Below are positions 18,664-29,107 of a stretch of 32,000 bases of DNA, piece by piece. The notes under the pieces were generated by a model. That model was not told where the DNA came from. It saw only the letters and a list, made by a program, of their open reading frames with translations, and did no database searches. Made by a program: the position numbers and the translations under genes. Source of the stretch: Xylella taiwanensis (GTDB lineage: Bacteria > Pseudomonadota > Gammaproteobacteria > Xanthomonadales > Xanthomonadaceae); contig NZ_CP053627.1 of the NCBI RefSeq assembly GCF_013177435.1, forward strand, positions 990,001 through 1,022,000, given 5' to 3'. How positions within the stretch are numbered: the stretch's first letter is position 1; every line of letters begins with the position of its first letter.

Positions 18664-20571
18664 ATGATTTCTTGGCGTAACTGCTTTGCCAGCGTTGTGC
18701 CTAAGCTGGCTGTCATTGTTCATGACTTGGTCCAGGTCTGGGCGTGCTGGGTTGTTCTGCATGCGGCGCGTTACTCGATGTTGGTTCAGCCTCCGGGTTT
18801 GCCATATGCCGACTGGCGCACGCTGGTTGTGCTTATCGTGCAAGCGGTTGTTTTCTGGCGAGTCGGTCTGTATCGAGGTCTGTGGCGCTTCGCCAGCGTC
18901 CCTGATCTCTGGAACATCTTCAAGTCCGCTTTTTCTGGGCTGATCGTGATTGTGTTGGTGCTGTCGGTCACTCGGTTTGAAGGGGTGCCGCTGTCAGTGT
19001 TGGTTGTTTATCCCTTTGCACTGTCGGTGTTGCTTGGCACACCTCGATTGCTGTATCGAGCTTGGAAAGACTACCAATTGATTCACTCGGTCGACTCCTC
19101 TGAGCGCGTACTGATTCTGGGTGCTGGGCGCGCTGCTGAGGCTTTAGTGCGAGATATGCGCCGTACTAGTGCGTTCGTTCCGGTTGGTTTCATCGACGAT
19201 GCGGTGTATCTGCGTGGCGCCAAGATTCAGGGCTTGAACGTTCTTGGTTGCTTGGAAGAGGCCAGCACTATCGCGCGTGAGACTGCAGCCAAATTACTGG
19301 TGATTGCGATTCCTTCGCTTGATGCTGCTGGCATGCAGCGCGTGGTGGCGATCTGTGAGAGTACCGGCTTGCCGTTCCGGATGGTGCCTAAGCTGATCGA
19401 TGTGCTCGAAGGTCGTACCCTGCCGGGTGAACTGAAGGAAGTCTCCATTGAGGATCTCCTCAATCGCAAACCTGTAATCCCGGACTGGCGTCTGATCCGT
19501 AGTTGGTTATCTGGAAAGACGGTGATGGTGACGGGGGGCGGCGGCTCCATTGGCTCAGAAGTGTGTCGTCAATGTGCGCGTCACGGCGTGAGTCGGGTAG
19601 TGATCGTTGAGATCGATGAGTTGGCGTTGCTGACGATTGACTCGGACCTGCGCAGATTGTTTCCCGACATTGAGGTGCTGCGCATTCTTGGCGATTGCGG
19701 TGATGCTGCAGTGATCGCTCATGCACTCCGTTGCGCGCATCCAGATGCTGTGTTCCATGCGGCGGCCTATAAACAAGTGCCGTTGCTCGAAGAGCAATTG
19801 CGCGAGGCAGTGCGTAACAACGTTTTGGCGACCGAGAACGTGGCGCGCAATTGTGTTGCAGCCAAAGTTCAAACTTTCGTGTTTATCTCTACCGATAAGG
19901 CGGTAGAACCGGTTAACGTGCTTGGTGCGACAAAGCGTTACGCGGAGATGATTTGTCAGAGCTTTGATGCCAAGAACACTGGGACGCGTTTTGTCACGGT
20001 GCGTTTCGGTAACGTACTGGATTCGGCAGGCAGCGTGGTGCCACTGTTTCGTGAGCAGATTCGCCAGGGAGGTCCAGTGACTGTGACTCATCCGGACGTT
20101 ACCCGTTATTTCATGACTATCTCCGAGGCTTGTCAGCTGATCTTGCAGGCTGCGGCGTTGGCATCGCATGGCGCAATTTACACGCTCGATATGGGGGAGC
20201 CTGTGCGGATCCGTTTGCTGGCCGAGCAGATGATCCGTCTGGCTGGTAAGCAGCCGGGGCGCGATATCGTCATTGTTTACACTGGATTGCGTCCCGGTGA
20301 GAAGATGCATGAAACGCTTTTTTATGCCGACGAAAACTATCGACCGACTGCACATCCTAATATCCTTGAAGCGGATGTGCGGGCGTTCCCCCAAGAGCAA
20401 GTGTTGCAGTCAGTGGTGCGTCTACGTGAGGCGGTGCAACATTACGACACTGTCGAGATTGAGTCGGTGCTTAGTGTGTTGATGCCAGATTTCGATGCTG
20501 CACGTCATAAAGAAGAAAGAAGATTCGAAACAGTGGTCCCATTTCCAGCACGTGAGGTCAGAAGACTATAA
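18664..20571 (+). CDS. Membrane-anchored nucleotide-sugar 4,6-dehydratase/epimerase (CapD/WbpM/PglF family)
   Basis: 635-aa ORF with N-terminal TM helices and two Rossmann-like regions (VLILGAGRAAEAL; VTGGGGSIGSE). ISTDKAVEPVNVLGATKRYAE is typical of the CapD family. Confidence 0.85.
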   Translation: MISWRNCFASVVPKLAVIVHDLVQVWACWVVLHAARYSMLVQPPGLPYADWRTLVVLIVQAVVFWRVGLYRGLWRFASVPDLWNIFKSAFSGLIVIVLVLSVTRFEGVPLSVLVVYPFALSVLLGTPRLLYRAWKDYQLIHSVDSSERVLILGAGRAAEALVRDMRRTSAFVPVGFIDDAVYLRGAKIQGLNVLGCLEEASTIARETAAKLLVIAIPSLDAAGMQRVVAICESTGLPFRMVPKLIDVLEGRTLPGELKEVSIEDLLNRKPVIPDWRLIRSWLSGKTVMVTGGGGSIGSEVCRQCARHGVSRVVIVEIDELALLTIDSDLRRLFPDIEVLRILGDCGDAAVIAHALRCAHPDAVFHAAAYKQVPLLEEQLREAVRNNVLATENVARNCVAAKVQTFVFISTDKAVEPVNVLGATKRYAEMICQSFDAKNTGTRFVTVRFGNVLDSAGSVVPLFREQIRQGGPVTVTHPDVTRYFMTISEACQLILQAAALASHGAIYTLDMGEPVRIRLLAEQMIRLAGKQPGRDIVIVYTGLRPGEKMHETLFYADENYRPTAHPNILEADVRAFPQEQVLQSVVRLREAVQHYDTVEIESVLSVLMPDFDAARHKEERRFETVVPFPAREVRRL

Positions 20572-21461
20572 TGATTAAGCGTATTCGTAAGGCTGTTTTC
20601 CCCGTGGCAGGTCTTGGCACACGTTTCCTGCCAGCGACTAAAACCATCCCCAAGGAAATGCTGCCGATTATCGATAAACCTCTCATCCAGTACGCGGTTG
20701 ACGAAGCAATCCAGGCTGGATGCGATACGCTGGTATTCGTGACAAACCGTTACAAGCATGCGGTTGCCGATTACTTCGACAAAGCATATGAGTTGGAGCA
20801 GAAGCTTGAGCGTTCCGGTAAATATGAGCAGCTAGAATTAGTTCGCCATGTGTTGCCTGATGGGGTGCGTACAGTTTTCGTCACCCAAACCGAAGCATTA
20901 GGTCTGGGTCATGCGGTGCTGTGTGCCAAACCGGTGGTGGGCGACGAACCATTCGCGGTATTGCTGCCAGACGATCTCATGTGGAGCCGTGATGGCGGTG
21001 CGCTCAAACAAATGGCTGATGTTGCTGAAGCCTCCGGCAGCAGTGTGATCGCAGTAGAGGATGTCCCCTCCGATAAGACCGTGAGTTATGGCATCGTTGG
21101 GACTGAAGTTTTTGAAGGACGCAAGGGTCGCATTACCAAAATTGTTGAAAAGCCTAAGCCCGAGGATGCACCGAGTAACCTCGCTGTGGTGGGGCGCTAT
21201 GTTCTCAGTGGCAAAATATTCGAGTTGCTTGAAAACACATCTATCGGTGCTGGCGGCGAGATTCAATTGACCGATGCGATCGCCCAACTACTGAAATACG
21301 AGAGAGTGGATGCATACCGATTTGAAGGCCACCGATTCGATTGCGGCGCGCATATTGGTTTGATTGAGGCCACCCTGCATTTAGCGCTTGAACACAGCAA
21401 ACATGGCCAAGCAGTGCGTGAGATGCTGCGTGGCACGTTGCTCTCGGTCGACAAGCACTGA
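20571..21461 (+). CDS. galU: UTP--glucose-1-phosphate uridylyltransferase
   Basis: 296-aa ORF. KAVFPVAGLGTRFLPATKTIPKEMLPIIDKPLIQY and VEKPKPEDAPSNLAVVGRY are GalU signatures. The start overlaps the upstream stop (TAATG at 20569-20573). Confidence 0.9.
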   Translation: MIKRIRKAVFPVAGLGTRFLPATKTIPKEMLPIIDKPLIQYAVDEAIQAGCDTLVFVTNRYKHAVADYFDKAYELEQKLERSGKYEQLELVRHVLPDGVRTVFVTQTEALGLGHAVLCAKPVVGDEPFAVLLPDDLMWSRDGGALKQMADVAEASGSSVIAVEDVPSDKTVSYGIVGTEVFEGRKGRITKIVEKPKPEDAPSNLAVVGRYVLSGKIFELLENTSIGAGGEIQLTDAIAQLLKYERVDAYRFEGHRFDCGAHIGLIEATLHLALEHSKHGQAVREMLRGTLLSVDKH

Positions 21462-21501
21462 GTTGTCAACATTTGCTGCGGTTCTCGCAAAGATGCCCAG
21501 C

Positions 21502-21532
21502 ATACGTCGTCCTTATCTTCTGGACGACGTAT
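21502..21532 (+). terminator. Hairpin downstream of galU (possible terminator)
   Basis: An 11-bp perfect stem, ATACGTCGTCC (21502-21512) / GGACGACGTAT (21522-21532), with a 9-nt loop, 41 nt after the galU stop. It is followed by cttcagg, so there is no clear U-tract. Confidence 0.4.
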
Positions 21533-21686
21533 CTTCAGGCGGCGTGCTGAGCCTCAATGCGTTCCTGACCTTACGATGTCAATACAAGTGTTGAAAGGTG
21601 ACGACATCGCTTGCAGTGGTGTCAGTCATGGAAGAATTGGGTGACAATGTGCGACAAGACCTTTTATCTTCTGCGTGATCATCTCT

Positions 21687-22559
21687 ATGCCGGCAGCCTC
21701 CGACTTGGCTCGTATCCTCGACGGGCGTCGTATTGCCGAGGACCTGCTTGATGTGTTGAAGGCACGGGTGGATGCACGTGTCGTCGCCGGTAAGCTGCGT
21801 CCAACGTTGGCGGTGGTGCTGGTCGGTTCTGATCCTGCGTCAGTCGTGTATGTGCGCAACAAGCGGCGTGCAGCAGAGAAGGTCGGGATAAAAGCCTACG
21901 ACTTCGATCTTCCAGAAACGACATCCGAGGCCGAGTTGGCCGCGTTGATTGACCGACTCAATGCCGATCCGAAGATCCACGGCATCCTGATCCAATTACC
22001 ACTGCCGGGCATTCCTGATGCCAACCGGCTGATTCAGCGTATCGACCCGCGCAAGGATGTAGATGGTTTCCATCCTCAGAACGTTGGTCACTTGGCGTTG
22101 CGTGAGTTTGGCCTAAGGCCATGCACGCCTCGCGGTATCGTTACCTTGCTTGGCCACACAGATCGACCGGTCCGTGGGCGTAATGCCACCATTGTCGGAG
22201 TTAGCAACCATGTTGGCCGACCCATGGGACTGGAGCTGCTGATAGCCGGTTGTACCGTGACCAGTTGCCATAAATTCACTCCGCCGCAGATGCTGGAAGC
22301 AGCCGTGCGTCAGGCTGATATTCTCGTCGTTGCAGTTGGCTGTCCTGGGTTGATTCCGGGGGAGTGGGTTAAGCGTGGGGCGGTCGTGATTGATGTTGGT
22401 ATTAACCGGCTCGACGATGGTCGGTTGGTGGGCGACGTTGGCTTTGAGAGTGCAGTCCAGCGTGCGAGCTGGATTACTCCGGTGCCGGGAGGAGTAGGGC
22501 CGATGACGGTGGCGACTTTGATGCAAAACACGCTGGAAGCTGTCGAAGCGACGGACTAA
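21687..22559 (+). CDS. folD: Bifunctional methylenetetrahydrofolate dehydrogenase/cyclohydrolase
   Basis: The ORF starts at GTG 21675; I favour ATG 21687. [40 protein letters not shown] and [18 protein letters not shown] are FolD signatures. Confidence 0.9.
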   Translation: MPAASDLARILDGRRIAEDLLDVLKARVDARVVAGKLRPTLAVVLVGSDPASVVYVRNKRRAAEKVGIKAYDFDLPETTSEAELAALIDRLNADPKIHGILIQLPLPGIPDANRLIQRIDPRKDVDGFHPQNVGHLALREFGLRPCTPRGIVTLLGHTDRPVRGRNATIVGVSNHVGRPMGLELLIAGCTVTSCHKFTPPQMLEAAVRQADILVVAVGCPGLIPGEWVKRGAVVIDVGINRLDDGRLVGDVGFESAVQRASWITPVPGGVGPMTVATLMQNTLEAVEATD

Positions 22560-22627
22560 GCCCTTGGGCGCGATAAGCTGCGTTGCAAGGTGTCATCAGC
22601 ATATGCGGTGAGTGTCGGTCGGAGTGA

Positions 22628-24133
<1,506 letters not shown>

Positions 24134-24331
24134 GCTCCGTGATGCCACAGAAAGCGTCTGCCTCGCTTTGCCGGCTTTGTTGGTCGTTATCAATCTCTGT
24201 GGTGTTTCGTGGCGGATGTATGCCACGGTCATCTTTCTCGAGTCATTTCTCGCCTGATTTCCTATGTGTCGCGTTGCTGCGCTTTTTTCCTGAGCATAGC
24301 CCGCCGCGTTGCTGTCACCGGACCACCTGCT

Positions 24332-25900
24332 ATGACGCCGAATATCCATCACGACAAAATTCTTATCCTCGATTTCGGTGCGCAGTACACGCAATTGATT
24401 GCCCGCCGTATCCGTGACATCGGTGTCTACTGCGAAGTCTGGGCCTGGGATCATTCCCCCGAAGAGATCCTGAACTTCGGAGCCAAAGGGATTATCCTGT
24501 CCGGCGGCCCCGAATCGACCACATCCCCAGGCGCGCCCACAGCCCCGCAACACGTATTCGACAGCGGCCTGCCCATCCTCGGCATTTGCTATGGCATGCA
24601 AACGATGGCCGTACACTTTGGTGGCACGACCGAGGCCGCTAACAAACGCGAGTTCGGCCACGCCTCGGTTCAGGTCATTTGCCCGGATACCTTACTTTCC
24701 GGCTTGTCCGATCATCACCCTGAGTCCCGTCTGGATGTGTGGATGAGTCATGGCGACCATGTTGCGCAAGTGCCGCCTGGCTTCACCATCACCGCGGTCA
24801 CTGACCGCATCCCCGTTGCGGCGATGAGCCGCGAAGATAAGCGCTGGTATGGCGTGCAATTTCACCCGGAAGTGACCCATACCTTACAGGGGCAGGCTTT
24901 GCTGCGCCGTTTCGCGGTCGATGTGTGTGGCTGCCAGACCTTGTGGACCGCGGCTCACATTATTGAAGACCAGATTGCGCGCGTGCGTGAACGTGTCGGT
25001 AGCGATGAAGTCATTCTCGGCCTGTCCGGTGGCGTTGATTCTTCCGTCGTGGCCGCTCTGTTACATAAAGCCATTGGACGGCAACTGACGTGCGTGTTTG
25101 TGGATACCGGCCTGCTTCGCTGGCAGGAAGGCGACCAAGTGATGGCCATGTTTGCTGAACACATGGGCGTCAACGTGATCCGTATCAATGCCGCAGTGCG
25201 TTACTTCAATGCACTGCAAGGTGTTTGTGATCCAGAGGCCAAGCGCAAGATCATCGGTCACCTCTTCATCCAGATATTCGAGGAAGAAGCCAGCAAGCGA
25301 AAGCACGCCAAATGGCTGGCCCAAGGCACGATTTATCCTGACGTGATCGAGTCGGCCAGCAGCAAGACCGGCAAGGCCCACGTGATCAAGACCCATCACA
25401 ACGTCGGCGGCTTGCCGGAGCACATGACGCTCGGCATCATCGAACCATTACGCGAATTGTTCAAAGATGAAGTGCGCCGCCTTGGCATCGCACTCGATTT
25501 GCCCCGCACGATGGTGTATCGCCATCCATTCCCAGGCCCGGGCTTGGGCGTGCGTATCCTGGGTGAGGTCAAGCCAGAGTATGCCGAGCTGCTGGCCAAG
25601 GCTGACGCGATTTTTATCGATGAATTGCATCGCGCCGGCCTGTACGACAACGTCAGCCAAGCCTTTGCCGTCTTTCTTCCAGTGAAATCGGTCGGTGTCG
25701 TCGGTGATGCCCGCGCTTACGAATGGGTGATTGCATTGCGTGCGGTCGAGACCGTCGATTTTATGACCGCACATTGGGCGCCGCTGCCGTATGACTTCCT
25801 CAGCATCGTGTCCAACCGCATCATCAATGAACTACGGGGCGTCTCCCGCGTGGTCTACGATATTTCCGGCAAACCGCCAGCGACGATTGAGTGGGAGTGA
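24332..25900 (+). CDS. guaA: GMP synthase (glutamine-hydrolysing)
   Basis: ORF 24209-25900. The conserved start region [28 protein letters not shown] is at ATG 24332. It has the GATase ICYGMQ motif, the PP-loop [11 protein letters not shown], and an intact canonical C-terminus [10 protein letters not shown]. Confidence 0.95.
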   Translation: MTPNIHHDKILILDFGAQYTQLIARRIRDIGVYCEVWAWDHSPEEILNFGAKGIILSGGPESTTSPGAPTAPQHVFDSGLPILGICYGMQTMAVHFGGTTEAANKREFGHASVQVICPDTLLSGLSDHHPESRLDVWMSHGDHVAQVPPGFTITAVTDRIPVAAMSREDKRWYGVQFHPEVTHTLQGQALLRRFAVDVCGCQTLWTAAHIIEDQIARVRERVGSDEVILGLSGGVDSSVVAALLHKAIGRQLTCVFVDTGLLRWQEGDQVMAMFAEHMGVNVIRINAAVRYFNALQGVCDPEAKRKIIGHLFIQIFEEEASKRKHAKWLAQGTIYPDVIESASSKTGKAHVIKTHHNVGGLPEHMTLGIIEPLRELFKDEVRRLGIALDLPRTMVYRHPFPGPGLGVRILGEVKPEYAELLAKADAIFIDELHRAGLYDNVSQAFAVFLPVKSVGVVGDARAYEWVIALRAVETVDFMTAHWAPLPYDFLSIVSNRIINELRGVSRVVYDISGKPPATIEWE

Positions 25901-26180
25901 AATCAGGTCATTGCGTGGTTTATCGCCAGCGATAGGACATCTTTCTTGTCGCTTACCTCACGGTGTCTATCGATCCTCAGCAAGCGGAGCACGTTAGTGG
26001 TAAAGGTGATGCTAGAGCTCAAGGACCGGATGAAGACTCTACCGTTTACTATTCGGACCAAACCGGTCTTTGCAGGTAAAACACCCGTAAAGAAAGCTGG
26101 TGTCATGAAGATTTTCGAGCATCAGCAGGATTGTTGACCTTTGACGGTAAAAACCGTTACGCACATGAGGGAACCCCTCA

Positions 26181-27353
26181 ATGCTTACCGACACTGCACG
26201 ATGCAATCTTAAGCGTCATTCCAAGCCCTATCAGGCTTCGGATCGTGACGGCATGTACGTCACACGGTACGGTATCGACCACCGGTACCGCCACCTTCCG
26301 TGGCGATGACTGCCTCAATGGCCGGCGCGAGACACTGACCATTCGACGGTATGGGCGGTCTGGTATTGCGCTGGCGATGGCTAGTGAAACGCGAAGCGAC
26401 GCCGAAAAGGACGTCGTCGCTCAGAGCCAGTCCCCAGCGCAAGAGAAGCAACGCAGGCTGACCGCAGCCAAGATCTTTTGCGACCTAGTAGGCAAGGGGG
26501 GCGCATGCTTGAATGGCTGACCTTACTCAGGTGATGCGCAAGAGCAGTGTTGCACGCAATATTCTGCCGGCCTTCCAGCATCGGCAGCGCAACGCAATCA
26601 TCGCCGCCCCCTGGCCGTGCCATGTGCAATAAGGTCAAGGCCCGTGGACGTACCCATCCGTGAGATCGTCAAACAGGATGATGCCTTCGGAAATCCTGCA
26701 CGGCGAGCAAGTGGACAACCCAGCCGCAAGCGTGCGTGCCGCTTCGATGACCACCTTTGTTCCCAAGGAGCGTGCCTTGTCGCTGCTGGAAATCTCGCTG
26801 CTGGCACCACGGGGCACGACAGCCACCTATCCGAGGATCCCGCTGGCACTGCGCATGATCCTGCTGCTGGTGCACATGAGAGAGTTTGATGCAGCTCCCC
26901 CGTGATGAGGTTGATGTCAAGAACGCCACCTGGACGATTCCCAAGCAACGTATCAAGCGGCGCCGCAGGTGGTTGATCTGTTGCGCCCGGCGCACGACAG
27001 CTTTGTGGCGCTACACACCGGCGTGGCCGGTTCCAAGTGGGTGCTGCCGTTACGCTATGACGCTGACCGCTGCATGTCGAACGCGACCTTGTAACCGATC
27101 AAGCAGATCGTGGCGGAGCGGGCAAATGGAGCCATTCACCGTCCATCACGTGCGCCGTACAGGCGCGACGCTGTTGCACGACATCGGCTGCAACTGCGAC
27201 TGAATCGAGAAGTGCCTGGTCCACGAAGCCGGTCGTTCCTCATGCTCGATCTACAACCAGAGCCAGTACACCGAACACCGGTGCCACATACTGCAGGCGT
27301 GGGCCAACATGGTCGATGCCTGGATCGACGGGCAGATCTACGTGCCGAATTGA
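26181..27353 (+). pseudogene. int: P4-type tyrosine integrase, decayed (several frameshifts and in-frame stops)
   Basis: Integrase-like peptides are spread over three frames:
- MLTDTARCNLKRHSKPYQASDRDGMYV (from ATG 26181, stop after 42 codons).
- NGRRETLTIRRYGRSGIALAMASETRSDAEKDVVAQSQSPAQEKQ.
- IPLALRMILLLVHMRE / PRDEVDVKNATWTIPKQRIKRRR.
- QVVDLLRPAHDSFVALH...WVLPLRYDADRCMSNATL.
- FTVHHVRRTGATLLHDIGCNCD-TGA-IEKCLVHE...SIYNQSQY...LQAWANMVDAWIDG, ending at TGA 27351-27353.
The TGA at 27201-27203 sits where these integrases normally have Trp (DWIE). Confidence 0.85.
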
Positions 27354-27773
27354 TGCCGAAGAACACGGTCATGCTTCTATTGCGTGTGATGGCTTGCAAT
27401 GGCTACGTGGTCACTGGACACCCTTGCATGTCATTCCGTTATGGACCTGCGTGCGTGGCGTTGCAGGTCAATGTAGCCCAGCACGGTTGACGTCTGCCGC
27501 GTGCTGCGTCTGAAGCAGCTGCAAGTCCTGCTTGGATGCAGGTTGGTGCTGGCTGCATGCTTGGCGTGAACCCGCTCGGGTAGGGCAGGTTTTGCGTAGG
27601 TAGACATCGGGCTTCGCAGCGCTACTACGAGGGGTTTGCTGGTGCGCCTCAATCCACGTGTCCACTGCGGCCAAGCCCTACATGAAGTTCAGTACCTATC
27701 GGAACAACGTGCTGGAGCGAAGCACGGCCAAGTCAAGCGCTCTTGCGGTGTCTTTTTCGACTTCACTCAATGG

Positions 27774-28766
27774 TTACTTCAAGTCTTGTTCGAGCCAATA
27801 GCGTTCTTCTTCGGCGACGAGCTCCTGCATTGCGTTCAGTTCAACGGACCGCGCTGACCTGCGGCGGCCCGCGATCTTTTCAGATGTCATCTCCGACTGA
27901 AATTCGGTCTGGATGCACGCTCCCAGCACTCGCTGGAACTCCAGTGCATCGGTGCGTGCGCAGCGCACGGACCCATCCGCATCATTGATCACCATCAGCA
28001 TCACAGAATTCAAGCGAAGCAGGTGGCGCCAGCGGCGATCCATTGACACGAAATACGGGATGAAGAAGTCGGCCTGGTTAGATTTGGCTGTGGCGTTTTG
28101 CTCCATGACACGGAGCAATGTCATGTCCCAGGCCATGCCGCGAATCTTCTGCAACATCTCAGTGGACCTGCCCATGATGGGGCCGAAGAAGGGCGACCCC
28201 TGGCTAGAGGTCATGCCGCTCCAGATCAGCTGCAATTCGGTAAGCGGGATCACCCCTAGCTGATGAATGCTGAAACGGCACAATTCACGCAGGATGTGAT
28301 GCTTGTCCCGTTTGCGTTCCTCATGCCAAAGTCGAGCGAACCGCACTAGCAGCGCCTGCACTACAGCGCTCTTTGCCTCGTGTTCATCAATACACTTACT
28401 AGTGTGTGACTCGGTCAGAAAGGCTTCGGCATCGGGCCGTAGCAGGGCCTTCAGGTCCTCGTATGCAGCATCAAAAACGAAGCGGCTGGGATCATGCTGA
28501 AAGGCATGCCAATCCAGGTGGTCGAGCATGCGGAAAGCGATCAGCGTATTCAAGGGGCGCTCGTTTGAGGGCTCGTCGCGGGCTAGACGCCTGTTCTCAA
28601 TGAGAAACGACATCACGTCGAATTGCACATGGCGGTTTCGAGCCTTCAGCATGAGAATTTGGATGACCCTATCGCGATCAGCGCGTTGAATGTTCTCGCC
28701 AGCAATGGCCGCACGCCGCTTCTCTGCAACATTCGAGTCGAAGCTGAGAGAGAAATCGATCAACAC
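27774..28766 (-). CDS. Hypothetical protein, no family recognised; possibly the C-terminal 330 codons of a disrupted ~420-codon gene
   Basis: 330-codon ORF whose first codon is GTG 28766 (next in-frame ATG at 28652). It has no signal peptide or TM segment and looks helix-rich and charged. It lies 71 nt plus one small ORF downstream of qatD on the same strand. Confidence 0.5.
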   Translation of the reverse strand: MLIDFSLSFDSNVAEKRRAAIAGENIQRADRDRVIQILMLKARNRHVQFDVMSFLIENRRLARDEPSNERPLNTLIAFRMLDHLDWHAFQHDPSRFVFDAAYEDLKALLRPDAEAFLTESHTSKCIDEHEAKSAVVQALLVRFARLWHEERKRDKHHILRELCRFSIHQLGVIPLTELQLIWSGMTSSQGSPFFGPIMGRSTEMLQKIRGMAWDMTLLRVMEQNATAKSNQADFFIPYFVSMDRRWRHLLRLNSVMLMVINDADGSVRCARTDALEFQRVLGACIQTEFQSEMTSEKIAGRRRSARSVELNAMQELVAEEERYWLEQDLK

Positions 28767-28835
28767 GTTCGACCTGCCACCCGTGAGACAGGCATGGACG
28801 CTGGTTTCGGGCGATATGAAGAACGCACGCGGCCC

Positions 28836-29036
28836 TCAAAAAAACGAGGTTACAGCCTCGCTGGAGGACACATTGAGCCCGAGCTCCAAGTCAACGGCAC
28901 CCGGAGCATCGGTGCAGAAGACGGTGCGGATGAATGCGCATTCGGCGGCGCGGTTTGCTTCAATGGCATCGAGTGCAGCCATGTCACGGTTGAGGAGGGC
29001 GGAGAACAGCGCGTCGCCAATGGGGATGTCAGGCAT
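28836..29036 (-). CDS. 66-codon ORF, in the same frame as 27774-28766 and separated from it by a single TGA; probable N-terminal fragment
   Basis: ATG 29036 is preceded by AAAGAG 7 nt upstream. 29036 and 28766 are 270 nt apart (a multiple of 3). The only stop between them is TGA 28836-28838. Confidence 0.35.
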   Translation of the reverse strand: MPDIPIGDALFSALLNRDMAALDAIEANRAAECAFIRTVFCTDAPGAVDLELGLNVSSSEAVTSFF

Positions 29037-29107
29037 AGATCACTCTTTAAGTTGTCAACATAGGCCGGCAGTTTTGGGTATTGCGACTCAGCGTGTTCCG
29101 CCTCCAG

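Noticed and set aside
19555-20400. 281-aa minus-strand ORF inside the CapD/WbpM-like gene
   Set aside because: It is antisense to a gene with clear Rossmann and CapD motifs, and I see no independent evidence for it. The same reasoning applies to 2026-2661, 2252-2830, 16949-17464, 9524-9973 and the other antisense ORFs in the track.
24208-24290. Small hairpins in the guaB-guaA spacer (CGTGGC...GCCACG at 24208-24227; gcgc + T6 at about 24271-24288) as terminators or attenuators
   Set aside because: The stems are only 4-6 bp, with a poor U-tract in the first case. guaBA is normally co-transcribed, so this is too weak to report as a feature.
26131-27203. ORFs 26131-26520, 26617-26889, 26660-26905 and 26886-27203 as separate small genes
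   Set aside because: Their translations are consecutive pieces of one P4-type integrase read in different frames, so I reported them as a single pseudogene.
28836-28850. Programmed frameshift or homopolymer-length error at the T7 run (ACC TCG TTT TTT TGA) that ends the 66-codon ORF
   Set aside because: The downstream 330-codon ORF is in the same frame as the upstream ORF. I translated the +1 and -1 alternatives (T6, T8) and both hit stops within about 20-45 codons. The break is therefore an in-frame TGA (nonsense mutation or true stop), not a slip.
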